A DNA stretch of 64,000 bases from an uncultured virus (IMG/VR IMGVR_UViG_3300017913_002196). Lineage: Duplodnaviria > Heunggongvirae > Uroviricota > Caudoviricetes. Numbering within the stretch: position 1 is the first letter of the stretch; every line of letters starts with the position of its first letter. A program made the position numbers and the translations under genes. Of the stretch, positions 8,792 to 18,060 are shown one piece after another. The stretch lies in the IMG/VR virus record IMGVR_UViG_3300017913_002196, one strand, 5' to 3'. The notes under the pieces were generated by a model that ran no database searches, was not told where the DNA came from, and saw only the letters and a program-made list of their open reading frames with translations.

Positions 8792-10720
8792 ATGCCTTTA
8801 GGTTTCGGGTTTTCATTGATTGCTAGAAAAGTAGTTTCAGGAGGAGGAGGAGAAGGCTCTGGAGGAGGTGACGGTAGTAACTCTCCTTACGGTGTTAAAT
8901 ATTCTACTACAACTATACCTTTAGACAGGGCTCCTTATCAATTAACGATTCATAAAACATCCAACGGAACTACTTCAGTACCGGCTAGGTTAAATGGATT
9001 AGGTAGTGGAGGAGAGTTTACCCTAAAAAATTGGACATCTCAAGTTGATTATAATAAAGGAGAAGTTCAAACTATTCATTCAGACTGGACATCGGATACA
9101 TTTACAACAGCATTATCCGGAAATGATGCAAGTACTCAGAATGTAGCATTTGGAGGATCAAAAGATAGAAACGCATATGCTACATATTATAGAGAATCAC
9201 AGCCACTTCCTTGGGGAGGTTATCAGACGGTAACATACGGTAAGGTAAAAGTAGTTAAATGGAATGGTTCGAGCTGGAACCTGGAATACACTTATAAAGG
9301 GTATCAGAATCATTTACCTGGAAGAAATGGTAAAATGCAGATGACTCCAGACGGATCAAGATTAATATTTGCATATGCAACCTCTGGTGTTAACAACCAT
9401 CATTTAGAACCATACTTGTATGCAGGAAGGAGTGGTACTTCTTGGGATATTAGACAAGATGTTACTCTTCCAGATACTTCAGTAACTGTAAACACTGATA
9501 GGCTATCTATCATGAATTCCGGTCAGAATAGCTTTGATACTACTAATTCTACCGCTGCATCAACTATAAGATACACTTGCTCTTTTGACGCGGAATTAAT
9601 GTCATACTTATATGTTTTTCATGATACTTCAGGAACTAGAAATCATGGAAGGGTAGTTTTAGGACATGTTGACACAGCTGATTTATCAACTGATACATTG
9701 CAAAAATTATGGAATAATAAAATTTCAAGAAGTTTAATTAAAGATTTTATTATTAAAAATAGTAGTGTTCCTATTGATTCTGATGCAATAGGAAATATAG
9801 ATTCTACATATGCTGTTAATAACACTAACTCAACAGCTCAAGGCGTTTTTCATCCCTACGCACAATCTTTAGTTAACGGATTAAACTATATGGGATTAGG
9901 AGGAGACACTTTACATGAAAATTCTATGCCGTTTCCCTTAAAAAACGGAATTTACAATTCCGGTGTAAGCATGTCTAAAAATGGAAGAAAAATGATTATA
10001 TCGTTGAATAATCCATATAGAATTAACAAAACTACATCTGAATGGAGATCTCTAAATGGGGGACATACTAGTGATATTAACAAAACATTACATTTTTCTA
10101 GTTTAGTTATTTTTGAAAGAGATAGTTTTACTGATCATACATGGACATATAAACAAACTATTAACTGGTATGATAGCGACACTCATGACGCAACATATTC
10201 AAACTATTTAAATAGATGGGTTGGAAAAAATGAAAATGATTCTGATGCAAAACCGTTTTTTGGCAAACCTATACTTAGTAAAGACGGTAACGCTTTTGTA
10301 GTTGAATGTCATAATTATCTTGGAGATTCAGAAGCATTATCAGAGACTGTTAGATTCGGTGCAGTTAATGGATACTATCAGCAAAGAGTTCATAAACGAC
10401 CTGGAAGAACCCACTTTATGATTTTCAATTATGATAGTGATGATGCAAAATATAAAATGGAAAAAATTTATAGATGGCATTTAGAAGATTCTGATCATGT
10501 AGGGTTTATGAGTAAACCTAGATCTGCTAGTGATATGACTAATAGACATATAATTTACGACTATAAACCTCATAGAGCTCCTCCTACAATTGCATGTACA
10601 AGTGATGATTTAAAATATATAGTAATTCATGCAGCTAGAGACTCAGAACGTAATGATCATGCGTCAACAGGTGTTTTTACAGGCGCATACGTTCTTTACG
10701 ATAGTGAAAATAATTATTAA
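8792..10720 (+). CDS. Putative virion-associated beta-rich protein (MPxxF family)
   Basis: MPLGFGFSLIARKVVSGGGGEGSGGG start; propeller-like strands (MTPDGSRL, MSKNGRKM, LSKDGNAF); 5 DSD motifs. Confidence 0.6.
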   Translation: MPLGFGFSLIARKVVSGGGGEGSGGGDGSNSPYGVKYSTTTIPLDRAPYQLTIHKTSNGTTSVPARLNGLGSGGEFTLKNWTSQVDYNKGEVQTIHSDWTSDTFTTALSGNDASTQNVAFGGSKDRNAYATYYRESQPLPWGGYQTVTYGKVKVVKWNGSSWNLEYTYKGYQNHLPGRNGKMQMTPDGSRLIFAYATSGVNNHHLEPYLYAGRSGTSWDIRQDVTLPDTSVTVNTDRLSIMNSGQNSFDTTNSTAASTIRYTCSFDAELMSYLYVFHDTSGTRNHGRVVLGHVDTADLSTDTLQKLWNNKISRSLIKDFIIKNSSVPIDSDAIGNIDSTYAVNNTNSTAQGVFHPYAQSLVNGLNYMGLGGDTLHENSMPFPLKNGIYNSGVSMSKNGRKMIISLNNPYRINKTTSEWRSLNGGHTSDINKTLHFSSLVIFERDSFTDHTWTYKQTINWYDSDTHDATYSNYLNRWVGKNENDSDAKPFFGKPILSKDGNAFVVECHNYLGDSEALSETVRFGAVNGYYQQRVHKRPGRTHFMIFNYDSDDAKYKMEKIYRWHLEDSDHVGFMSKPRSASDMTNRHIIYDYKPHRAPPTIACTSDDLKYIVIHAARDSERNDHASTGVFTGAYVLYDSENNY

Positions 10721-10738
10721 ATTTAAGAAAGCGAAAAA

Positions 10739-11800
10739 ATGTATAATATTATTGGAAGAGGGACTGCTGGTATAATAACAGCAGCTCTTCTACTACTTAA
10801 TGATAATAAAATTAGATGGTACTACAATTCAAAAATTAAACCTGTTAGAGTAGGTGAAGGTACATTAACAGACATTCCTCAATTATTTACTGCATTAGGT
10901 TTTTCAACAGAAGAACTTATTGAAATAAATGCAACTTTTAAAATGGGTCTTTTTAAATCTGGATGGAGTAAAAATGATTTTTACGACGAGTTTAAATTAG
11001 GTCATCCTGGTATTCATATGAGTGCTGTAGATTTACAAGAAAATTTTTTTAGTAAACTAGCATCTCATCCTAATGTCGTTGAAGTGGTAGATGAAGATGT
11101 TTGTGTTACCGATTTTAACTCCGACTATACTATAGATTGTTCCGGTACCCCTAAAGTCTTTGACAATTCTTTTGTTGAAACTAATATTCCTGTTAATAAT
11201 GCTTATGTTACTCAATGCAATTGGGGTAAGAAAAGAATGGAATTTTCTCTCACAATAGCAAGACCTTATGGTTGGGTTTTTGGTATACCGTTACAAAATA
11301 GAGTAAGTATAGGTTATTTGTTTAATGAAAACTTTAATAATTTAGAAGATATAAAAGAAGATGTTAAATACATTTTTGAAAGATTTGATTTATATCCAAC
11401 AAAGGAAACTAACCATATAAAATTTAACAATTATTACAGAAAAGAAAATTTTAATAATAACTACTGTTTCAGTGGAAATAAATCGTTTTTTCTAGAGCCA
11501 TTAGAAGCAACTTCTTTATCTTGTAGTTTAGAGATAGCGGGTATTTTATTACAAGAAGATCTAAGTCCATTAGTAAAAAACTCTCATTATAAAAATCTCT
11601 TAAAACAAGCTGAAAATGTAATTATGTTACATTACTTGTCAACAAATAATTTTAAAACAGATTTTTGGAAATATGCCAGAGATAAAGCCTTGACACATTT
11701 TGATGGTAAAGATTTATATTACATTAAAAATAATTGTTTATTTTTTGACAAACATAAAGTTGAAAAACACATAAGAGAGCTTGAAATAAATATTGTATGA
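10739..11800 (+). CDS. Tryptophan-halogenase-like flavoprotein
   Basis: IIGRGTAG, VGEGT, IDCSG, ARPYGWVFGIPLQNR, GNKSFFLEPLEATS. Confidence 0.88.
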   Translation: MYNIIGRGTAGIITAALLLLNDNKIRWYYNSKIKPVRVGEGTLTDIPQLFTALGFSTEELIEINATFKMGLFKSGWSKNDFYDEFKLGHPGIHMSAVDLQENFFSKLASHPNVVEVVDEDVCVTDFNSDYTIDCSGTPKVFDNSFVETNIPVNNAYVTQCNWGKKRMEFSLTIARPYGWVFGIPLQNRVSIGYLFNENFNNLEDIKEDVKYIFERFDLYPTKETNHIKFNNYYRKENFNNNYCFSGNKSFFLEPLEATSLSCSLEIAGILLQEDLSPLVKNSHYKNLLKQAENVIMLHYLSTNNFKTDFWKYARDKALTHFDGKDLYYIKNNCLFFDKHKVEKHIRELEINIV

Positions 11801-12174
11801 GAAAGCGTAAAAAAGCACCTCCTCAGGTGCATAGAGTTTATTGTACATATTTCCCTGATGGCAGATACTATATTGGATACTCTGGTAAACCAGATAAACA
11901 ATACGAAAAGTATTTCGGGTCTTCAACAATTGTAAAAGAATATGAAGGTGAGTTACAAAAGGAAACCATCTTCACATATGATAAGAAATCGTATGCGAAG
12001 ATGGCTGAATTTTTGCTTCAGTGGCAACAGAGAAATGATCCTCTCTGTTTAAACGACATGATCAATATTAGACTGAGAATGACTCATCTAGCTGAATTTG
12101 AAATGTCCCACCATTGGACACCTCGAGACGTTTCGCAACTTCAATTTTGTCTTCAGCATCAGCAATCTGAGTAA
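11797..12174 (+). CDS. Small GIY-YIG-like nuclease
   Basis: VYCTYFPDGRYYIGYS..YFGSS..E..N pattern. Confidence 0.65.
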   Translation: MRKRKKAPPQVHRVYCTYFPDGRYYIGYSGKPDKQYEKYFGSSTIVKEYEGELQKETIFTYDKKSYAKMAEFLLQWQQRNDPLCLNDMINIRLRMTHLAEFEMSHHWTPRDVSQLQFCLQHQQSE

Positions 12175-12310
12175 GAAGAGTATCAATTTCTTCAGCATGT
12201 TGTGGGTGTTCACCAATACCTACTGAATTATTCTGATAGATTTTAATTGTCTGTTCAGCAACAGCAATCTCACCTTCATACTTTTTAATTAACGCATTTA
12301 ACATAGACAT
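12068..12310 (-). CDS. Hypothetical protein
   Basis: Coupled ORF; YxxNSVGIGEHP motif typical of small marine phage proteins. Confidence 0.75.
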   Translation of the reverse strand: MSMLNALIKKYEGEIAVAEQTIKIYQNNSVGIGEHPQHAEEIDTLLTQIADAEDKIEVAKRLEVSNGGTFQIQLDESFSV

Positions 12311-12486
12311 TACATTGAATTCCTTTTTTCTTGGATTTCTTTTCTGCGCTCTTTTACGAGTTTACCAATTTCACCAAGAGCTTTTCTTGATGTAGTTGAT
12401 GCACCTTTGATACCTTTTGTCTCAAATCTTTCATTTTCTTCAAGATAAGATTCAAAAGCTTTAACAATATCTTCATGAACACTCAT
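12310..12486 (-). CDS. 58-aa histone H1-like (Hc1-type) basic protein
   Basis: MSVHEDIVKAFESYLEENERFETKGIKGASTTSRKALGEIGKLVKERRKEIQEKRNSM; stop/start overlaps on both sides; not in the ORF track. Confidence 0.7.
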   Translation of the reverse strand: MSVHEDIVKAFESYLEENERFETKGIKGASTTSRKALGEIGKLVKERRKEIQEKRNSM

Positions 12487-12614
12487 TATTTAATCTCCAC
12501 AGCTTTCATAGCAGCAGCCATTGTAACTTTACCGTTAATCATGTTCTGATGCTTGATAGCTTTTTTTCTTTGTTTTCTAACTTCGCGTTTGCGATCACGC
12601 TGCTGTTCGTTCAT
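12486..12614 (-). CDS. Small basic hypothetical protein
   Basis: MNEQQRDRKREVRKQRKK...; start overlaps the end of nrdB. Confidence 0.55.
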   Translation of the reverse strand: MNEQQRDRKREVRKQRKKAIKHQNMINGKVTMAAAMKAVEIK

Positions 12615-13560
12615 ATGTACCCCAGTTACCTTCCATACCGTTAGCTGAGTACTCAGTAACTCTTTTCTCAAAGAAGTTATCGTGTGAAGCGCCATTAAGC
12701 ACCCAATCAAGCCATGGAATAGGATTATCTTTAACGTTAAATTTAGGTTTCATACCTAACTGTAAGAGACGTCTATCAGCAATATGTCTAATATACTGCT
12801 TAACTTCTTTCTCTGTCAAGCCTTCAATTGCATTGCCCTTGAAAGCAAGTTTAATAAACTTATCTTCTAATGCTACAGCATCTTTTGACATCTGATAGAT
12901 TTTAGATTTAAGTTCATCAGTTACAATACGAGGGTGCTCATCACAGAAAGTTCTAAACAACTTCGCATTACCTTGTACATGCATAGATTCGTCTCTAATT
13001 GACCATTCTACAATAGTACCCATACCCTTCATTTTACCGAAGCGTTGAAAGTTAAGAAGCATAACGAAAGAAGCAAACAATGACATACCTTCGTTAAACA
13101 CTGATTGTGCTAATGCAAGAGCGAGACCTGTATGTGTCTGAATATTATTATCTTGCATATACTCAATCTTATCAGCCATCTCAGAATACTCTAAGAACTT
13201 ATGAAAGTCTTCTTCTGGTAAACCTAGCGTATCATTTAAAAGAGCATATGCTCTCTGATGTACACCTTCTCTGTTAGCGAAAGATGCTAACATATTTCTA
13301 ATCTCATTATTCTTAAATTTAGGAATCAAAAACTCATGATAGTTCTGACCTACCTGAACATCTGATTGTGTAAACAATCTAAGAATATGGGTAATAAATT
13401 CTTTCTCACCCTCGTTAAGTTTAGTACGCCAGTCCTGAACGTCTTCTGACAATTCAGCTTCATCTTCTACCCAATGGATTTCTTCATGTTTCTTTACCAA
13501 GTCCACTGCCCATGGATAAAGAAATGGTTTATATGTTTTAGATTCTTCTAATAATGACAT
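12595..13560 (-). CDS. nrdB: Ribonucleotide reductase class I beta subunit
   Basis: EGVHQRAY, EGMSLFASF, WSIRDESMH, NFFEKRVTEY. Confidence 0.97.
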   Translation of the reverse strand: MSLLEESKTYKPFLYPWAVDLVKKHEEIHWVEDEAELSEDVQDWRTKLNEGEKEFITHILRLFTQSDVQVGQNYHEFLIPKFKNNEIRNMLASFANREGVHQRAYALLNDTLGLPEEDFHKFLEYSEMADKIEYMQDNNIQTHTGLALALAQSVFNEGMSLFASFVMLLNFQRFGKMKGMGTIVEWSIRDESMHVQGNAKLFRTFCDEHPRIVTDELKSKIYQMSKDAVALEDKFIKLAFKGNAIEGLTEKEVKQYIRHIADRRLLQLGMKPKFNVKDNPIPWLDWVLNGASHDNFFEKRVTEYSANGMEGNWGTYERTAA

Positions 13561-13751
13561 TAGCTTTCCTTTTTAGTTGAGGTTTTCTTCGCTGGTTTAT
13601 CATCAAGTACAATTTGTTCTTCTAACGCTTGAACACGTTGGTCTAAACGCCAGATAATTGAAGCGAGTTTAGCAAGAGTATTCTTATCTGGATTACCTCT
13701 AAGAGTTACTCTGTTAATCTCTTCTCTAAGTTCGTCTGTGTAAGTACTCAT
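13560..13751 (-). CDS. Hypothetical protein
   Basis: GGAG RBS; lies between nrdA and nrdB. Confidence 0.7.
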   Translation of the reverse strand: MSTYTDELREEINRVTLRGNPDKNTLAKLASIIWRLDQRVQALEEQIVLDDKPAKKTSTKKES

Positions 13752-13760
13752 AATTTCTCC

Positions 13761-15755
13761 TTATCCTTCACACGCTCTACACTCGGCTCCTTCGAACGTA
13801 GCTTCATTACTATTATTATCAAAAAACTGCATAAGTTCGTCATAACCCCCGATATAATTACCATCTAGATAAATTTGTGGTACAGTTTTTACATCTCTGC
13901 CAGTTACTTCAGCAGCTGTTTTACCTATTTCCTTAAGGTTAACAAACTCGTGTTCAATACCTCTCATAGATAATTCTTCTTTAGCCATTTCGCAGAATGG
14001 GCAGTCGTCTTTCCCATAAATGACCGTACCCTTGTAGTCCTCGAGCGCGATCCGTTCGACTTTGTCAGCAACAGTTTCTGCACGCGATTTGGCTTCAGTA
14101 CGTAAGTAGTAAAGACCTTTGAGGCCTCCTTCCCAGGCTGCCAAGTGTACGCTATTAACATAGGATCTCTCACAACCCGCAGGGAAAAATAAGTTAACGC
14201 TTTGTCCTTGACAGACGAATCTTTGCCTATCAGATGCGTGACGTACGACCCACATTTGATCGAGCTCCTGCGCAGTCTTAAAAATATTCTTTTCTTCATT
14301 CGAAAGGAAGTCAAGGTGTTGGACAGAGCCTTTATTTGTAATAATAGATGACCATGTCTTATCATCATTCTTTTCCTTCTTCGCTAAAACTTGTTCCAAG
14401 TATTTGTTCTTAACTAAGAACGAACCTGCTCTTGTTCTATGTGTATATGCATTTGCTTTTAACGGCTCAATAGAAGGGCTAGTAGAAAGAATGATACCGC
14501 TAGAAGCGTTGGGAGCGATTGCCAGAAGGTGCGCAAATCTATTGCCAGTTCCAATACCATCAGGATATTCTCCTCTTCTTGTTGCTAAGTCTTTTGATTG
14601 CTTTGCTGCTTTTGTTTTGATGTTGTCGAAGATAATCGAGTTGTGTACAGCTGCGCTCTCGGACTCCCAGGCGATATTGTTTCGCTGTAAGTATGAGTGG
14701 AATCCCATTGCACCAAGTCCAATTGACCGTTCTCTTTCAGCACTATACCGCGCTCTGGATATAGCATCCGGCGCATTTTCGATGAAGAATTCCAAGACAT
14801 TATCAAGCATCGTAACAAGATCTTGTACAATATTGGTATCTTTCCACTCCTCAAACAACTCCAGATTAAGAGAGGACAAACAACAGACAGCAGTGCGATC
14901 CGGACCTGTAGGTAGGTGTATTTCATTGCAAAGATTAGATCCATGAACTTTTAATCCCATATTTTTTAGATTGGAAGGTAACGCGTTGTTAGCAGTGTCA
15001 ATAAAATTAAGATATGGTTCTCCGGTTCTAAACCTAATTTCAATAATACGTTCCCAAAGTTTACGTGCATTTACTGTCTCCTTTACAGAATTATCTTTAG
15101 GGTCTTTTAGATGCCAAGGCTCATTGTTAAACACACAGTGCATAAACTCATCAGAGATATTTACTGCGTTATGTAAGTTAAGAGCTTTTCTCTGTACATC
15201 TCCAGTAGGAATACGAATGTTAATAAACTCCATAATATCAGGATGTGACACATCCATATAAGCTGCATAAGAACCTTTACGAGTTTTACCCTGTCTATAT
15301 GCAATCATATCTGCATCTACTGTATGTAAGAACGGAATAGGTCCGGGAGCAATATCTGATACAGTTCTTACATCTGACCAGTGGCCACCTACACCACCAC
15401 CGTAGATAGATAACCATCTTAACTCTGATGAATGACTAATAAGACCTTCTAAAGTATCTGGTACATAAGTTAAGAAACAAGAGATAGGAAGGCCTTTGTC
15501 TTTTTTCGTTCCATTAGGTGCGTTAGATAACACTGGGGATGCAAACATAAAGTATTTCTTACTAACATAATCATATAGACGTTGCGCTAATTCATAATCA
15601 GTTTCACCTTTATAGGTAGCCCATGCAGTTGCTGCACGTGCGTATGCTTCTTGAGGTGAATCCTCATGATCTAACATATAAAAATCTTCTAACATATTGA
15701 TTGCATAATCAGTTAGAATCTTATCGTTATCTTTGTTAATTTTTACTTTAGCCAT
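13761..15755 (-). CDS. nrdA: Ribonucleotide reductase class I alpha subunit with a fused glutaredoxin domain
   Basis: ISCF, GGGVG, SNLCNEI, APNASS, SPSIEP, GLYYLR; then YGKDDCPFC..VPQIYLDGNYIGGYDEL and terminal CRACEG. Confidence 0.96.
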   Translation of the reverse strand: MAKVKINKDNDKILTDYAINMLEDFYMLDHEDSPQEAYARAATAWATYKGETDYELAQRLYDYVSKKYFMFASPVLSNAPNGTKKDKGLPISCFLTYVPDTLEGLISHSSELRWLSIYGGGVGGHWSDVRTVSDIAPGPIPFLHTVDADMIAYRQGKTRKGSYAAYMDVSHPDIMEFINIRIPTGDVQRKALNLHNAVNISDEFMHCVFNNEPWHLKDPKDNSVKETVNARKLWERIIEIRFRTGEPYLNFIDTANNALPSNLKNMGLKVHGSNLCNEIHLPTGPDRTAVCCLSSLNLELFEEWKDTNIVQDLVTMLDNVLEFFIENAPDAISRARYSAERERSIGLGAMGFHSYLQRNNIAWESESAAVHNSIIFDNIKTKAAKQSKDLATRRGEYPDGIGTGNRFAHLLAIAPNASSGIILSTSPSIEPLKANAYTHRTRAGSFLVKNKYLEQVLAKKEKNDDKTWSSIITNKGSVQHLDFLSNEEKNIFKTAQELDQMWVVRHASDRQRFVCQGQSVNLFFPAGCERSYVNSVHLAAWEGGLKGLYYLRTEAKSRAETVADKVERIALEDYKGTVIYGKDDCPFCEMAKEELSMRGIEHEFVNLKEIGKTAAEVTGRDVKTVPQIYLDGNYIGGYDELMQFFDNNSNEATFEGAECRACEG

Positions 15756-16602
15756 TAACTTTCTTCCATGCGTTAAATTTTATTTTAGCTGCAAGTCCAG
15801 CGTAGGTATTATGTTCAACCAGATGTTGAACGTCAATACCTTTAGATATCATATCGTTTATGTCTTTTTCTTTAATGTAATTGGGCCAAATAACTGTCTT
15901 AAAACCTTTTTCAATATACTTCTCTACCTTACCGACTATTTGTTTGTTCCTAGGCTCGTTATCAAAGACTAAGACAGCGTTTGAGTTGTATTTATCATCT
16001 ATACCATCTGATCCCGCCATGGCTATACAATTTTTTAGAAATAAACTATCAATAGGTCCTTCTACTACATAAAAAGTTTTATTAAGATCAACTTTCTGTT
16101 TACCAAATAGTTTCTCTTCTTCTTTAAACATTATAGTAATGTATCTAGGTTCTGATCCGTCTAGTGATCTACCCTGTAAACCAAATAGATCTCCATCTTC
16201 GTTAAAGAAAGGTAGGATTAATCTTTCAGATCGTCCGACGTCAACCTGGGCATACTTAGCAACATCTCTAAAGTCCTCACAGTAAAAGAGCTCAGAATAA
16301 GCGCTACTAGGGATGTTTCTATTCCGTACATAATGTACGCATTTATGGCTATCAGGAAGATCAGATAGAACCGTACAATGAGATAAGATATTGCTATAGT
16401 TGATATTTGATTGGATATTGCTCCTACTACTCCTATCGATAGCACTATTGTTGTTAACATTTTTTACCTTACTATAATTAAAGTGTCTTTGACAGTGATG
16501 ACATAAGAACATCTCTCTATCTTCATGAGTATAGACGAAGGCATCCTTACCACAGTAAGGACAGTCACCATGCTTTACAAGATCACTTAAGTTTCTGAAC
16601 AT
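15748..16602 (-). CDS. 61: DNA primase (T4 gp61-like)
   Basis: CPYCG..CHHC zinc motif, QGRSL, VVEGPIDSLF, VFDNEPRN, KDINDM. Confidence 0.93.
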   Translation of the reverse strand: MFRNLSDLVKHGDCPYCGKDAFVYTHEDREMFLCHHCQRHFNYSKVKNVNNNSAIDRSSRSNIQSNINYSNILSHCTVLSDLPDSHKCVHYVRNRNIPSSAYSELFYCEDFRDVAKYAQVDVGRSERLILPFFNEDGDLFGLQGRSLDGSEPRYITIMFKEEEKLFGKQKVDLNKTFYVVEGPIDSLFLKNCIAMAGSDGIDDKYNSNAVLVFDNEPRNKQIVGKVEKYIEKGFKTVIWPNYIKEKDINDMISKGIDVQHLVEHNTYAGLAAKIKFNAWKKVNG

Positions 16603-16615
16603 ACAGATATTATAT

Positions 16616-17170
16616 CTATCTGTCTAATATTTTTCTGATATCTTTGCGTTTCTTTTTACCAAGAACTGGATCAATGCCGGCTATTCCTGTAGCATTTACT
16701 TGTGCATTTGTACCTGCACCTGACATAGCGCCTCCGAATGTAGCACCGGATGTCATAGATTCCATCATTGCTTCTTCCCAAGCATCCATGAAACCTTCAG
16801 CAGTAGAAAGATCATGTTTAATCTTAGGAACAATTTTATGTTCTTGTAATTTTTCCATTAGTACATCTGATGTTTCTTTATTTGCTTCATTCTCTACATG
16901 TTCTTTTAGTAAAGCTAACGCAGCAATATATGATGCAAGTTGAGTAGAACCACCAGGTACTTTAGCAAGTAATCTTTTAAGATTGAATACCATTCTATCT
17001 AATAATGTAATTGTTTTCTTTTGATTAGCTGTTCTGTCACCAGGTTTAATTAGAATTTTACCTTTAGCGTCAATAACACCTGCTTTAAAAGCAGCTGTTT
17101 TGTTAAACGGAGTAACAAGCTTTTTTAAGATTCTAAAAATTATAACCGTATCAATTACATTAGCGGGCAT
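16616..17170 (-). CDS. Conserved T4-like hypothetical protein with a C-terminal copy of the gp23 N-terminal arm
   Basis: FRILKKLVTPF..A.K.GVID.KG N-domain; tail ESMTSGATFGGAMSGAGTNAQVNATGIAGIDP. Confidence 0.8.
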   Translation of the reverse strand: MPANVIDTVIIFRILKKLVTPFNKTAAFKAGVIDAKGKILIKPGDRTANQKKTITLLDRMVFNLKRLLAKVPGGSTQLASYIAALALLKEHVENEANKETSDVLMEKLQEHKIVPKIKHDLSTAEGFMDAWEEAMMESMTSGATFGGAMSGAGTNAQVNATGIAGIDPVLGKKKRKDIRKILDR

Positions 17171-17534
17171 TTCTATCCATCTCTTTTAAACTCTTAGCAG
17201 TATACAGATCAAACTTTATTTCTGGCATCTCATTAGGTATTAAAAATCCAAAATAGTTCAATACTGTTTTCATTACCTCTTTTTCTTTTTCAGAGATACC
17301 ATACATTAATATTTTCTTCGCAGCTGGTAACTCAAAACTATTTGTAAAACATAATATATGATTGCATAACAATCTAATATTTTCCGATCTTTGAGCTGCA
17401 AACTTTTTAACTAATTTTTTTGCAAGCTTATGTCTTGATAAATCATCTAGAAACTCTTCTTTACTTAAACAAGACTCAGATCTATAATTTTTCGCAGCAT
17501 AAACCTCTAGATTGCTATCGTTTAGGTCCATCAT
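17160..17534 (-). CDS. Conserved T4-like hypothetical protein
   Basis: YAAKNY..C...EEFLDDL..RLLCNH motif. Confidence 0.8.
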   Translation of the reverse strand: MMDLNDSNLEVYAAKNYRSESCLSKEEFLDDLSRHKLAKKLVKKFAAQRSENIRLLCNHILCFTNSFELPAAKKILMYGISEKEKEVMKTVLNYFGFLIPNEMPEIKFDLYTAKSLKEMDRNAR

Positions 17535-17916
17535 CTTTTACAGTAATCTTCGGCTTCATATTAACTTTTTCAGTTTTACCTGATAACTTTATTTTCACAG
17601 CCTTAGGATCTGCTTCATCTTCTACATCCTTACGACCTATAGCAACCTGTGAACCCGGCGCAGCAGTAGGATCTACTGGAGGGCCTGGAGGCGGAGGAGG
17701 GACCTCTTCTCCACTTGTATCGTAATGCGTTTCTGTTCCCGAACCATCAGCATTCTTTTTGACCTCCTTAGAGATTTTTTTTTCTTTCTTTTCCTCTTTA
17801 GAAGTTTCTGTAGAAGTTTTACCTCTGGAAATTTCAGCTCCATCATTAATCTTCTCATTTAAAAACTCTCTAAAGTTAGACAAAGAACCAAATTTTTTAA
17901 CTAACTCTATATCCAT
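17515..17916 (-). CDS. Hypothetical charged, Pro-rich protein
   Basis: Likely start MDIELVKK just after the upstream stop; IKLSGKTEKVNMKP tail. Confidence 0.65.
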   Translation of the reverse strand: MDIELVKKFGSLSNFREFLNEKINDGAEISRGKTSTETSKEEKKEKKISKEVKKNADGSGTETHYDTSGEEVPPPPPGPPVDPTAAPGSQVAIGRKDVEDEADPKAVKIKLSGKTEKVNMKPKITVKDDGPKR

Positions 17917-17917
17917 A

Positions 17918-18037
17918 TCAATCTCTTTTTGGTAACATACTAATAATTTTTTCTTGAATAGATTTAGCCCACCAAGGTTGAGGAAAATTCCATCCAATAA
18001 AAGCACCTACGATAATCCAAAGAATAATATCTACCAT
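17918..18037 (-). CDS. 39-aa membrane protein
   Basis: MVDIILWIIVGAFIGWNFPQPWWAKSIQEKIISMLPKRD; AAGGAG RBS and TAAATA upstream; not in the ORF track. Confidence 0.7.
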   Translation of the reverse strand: MVDIILWIIVGAFIGWNFPQPWWAKSIQEKIISMLPKRD

Positions 18038-18060
18038 AACAGTCTCCTTTGTTATATTTA

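Noticed and set aside
13964..15261. Long alternate-frame and antisense ORFs within nrdA
   Set aside because: No RBS or motif support; expected shadows in a locally GC-richer gene.
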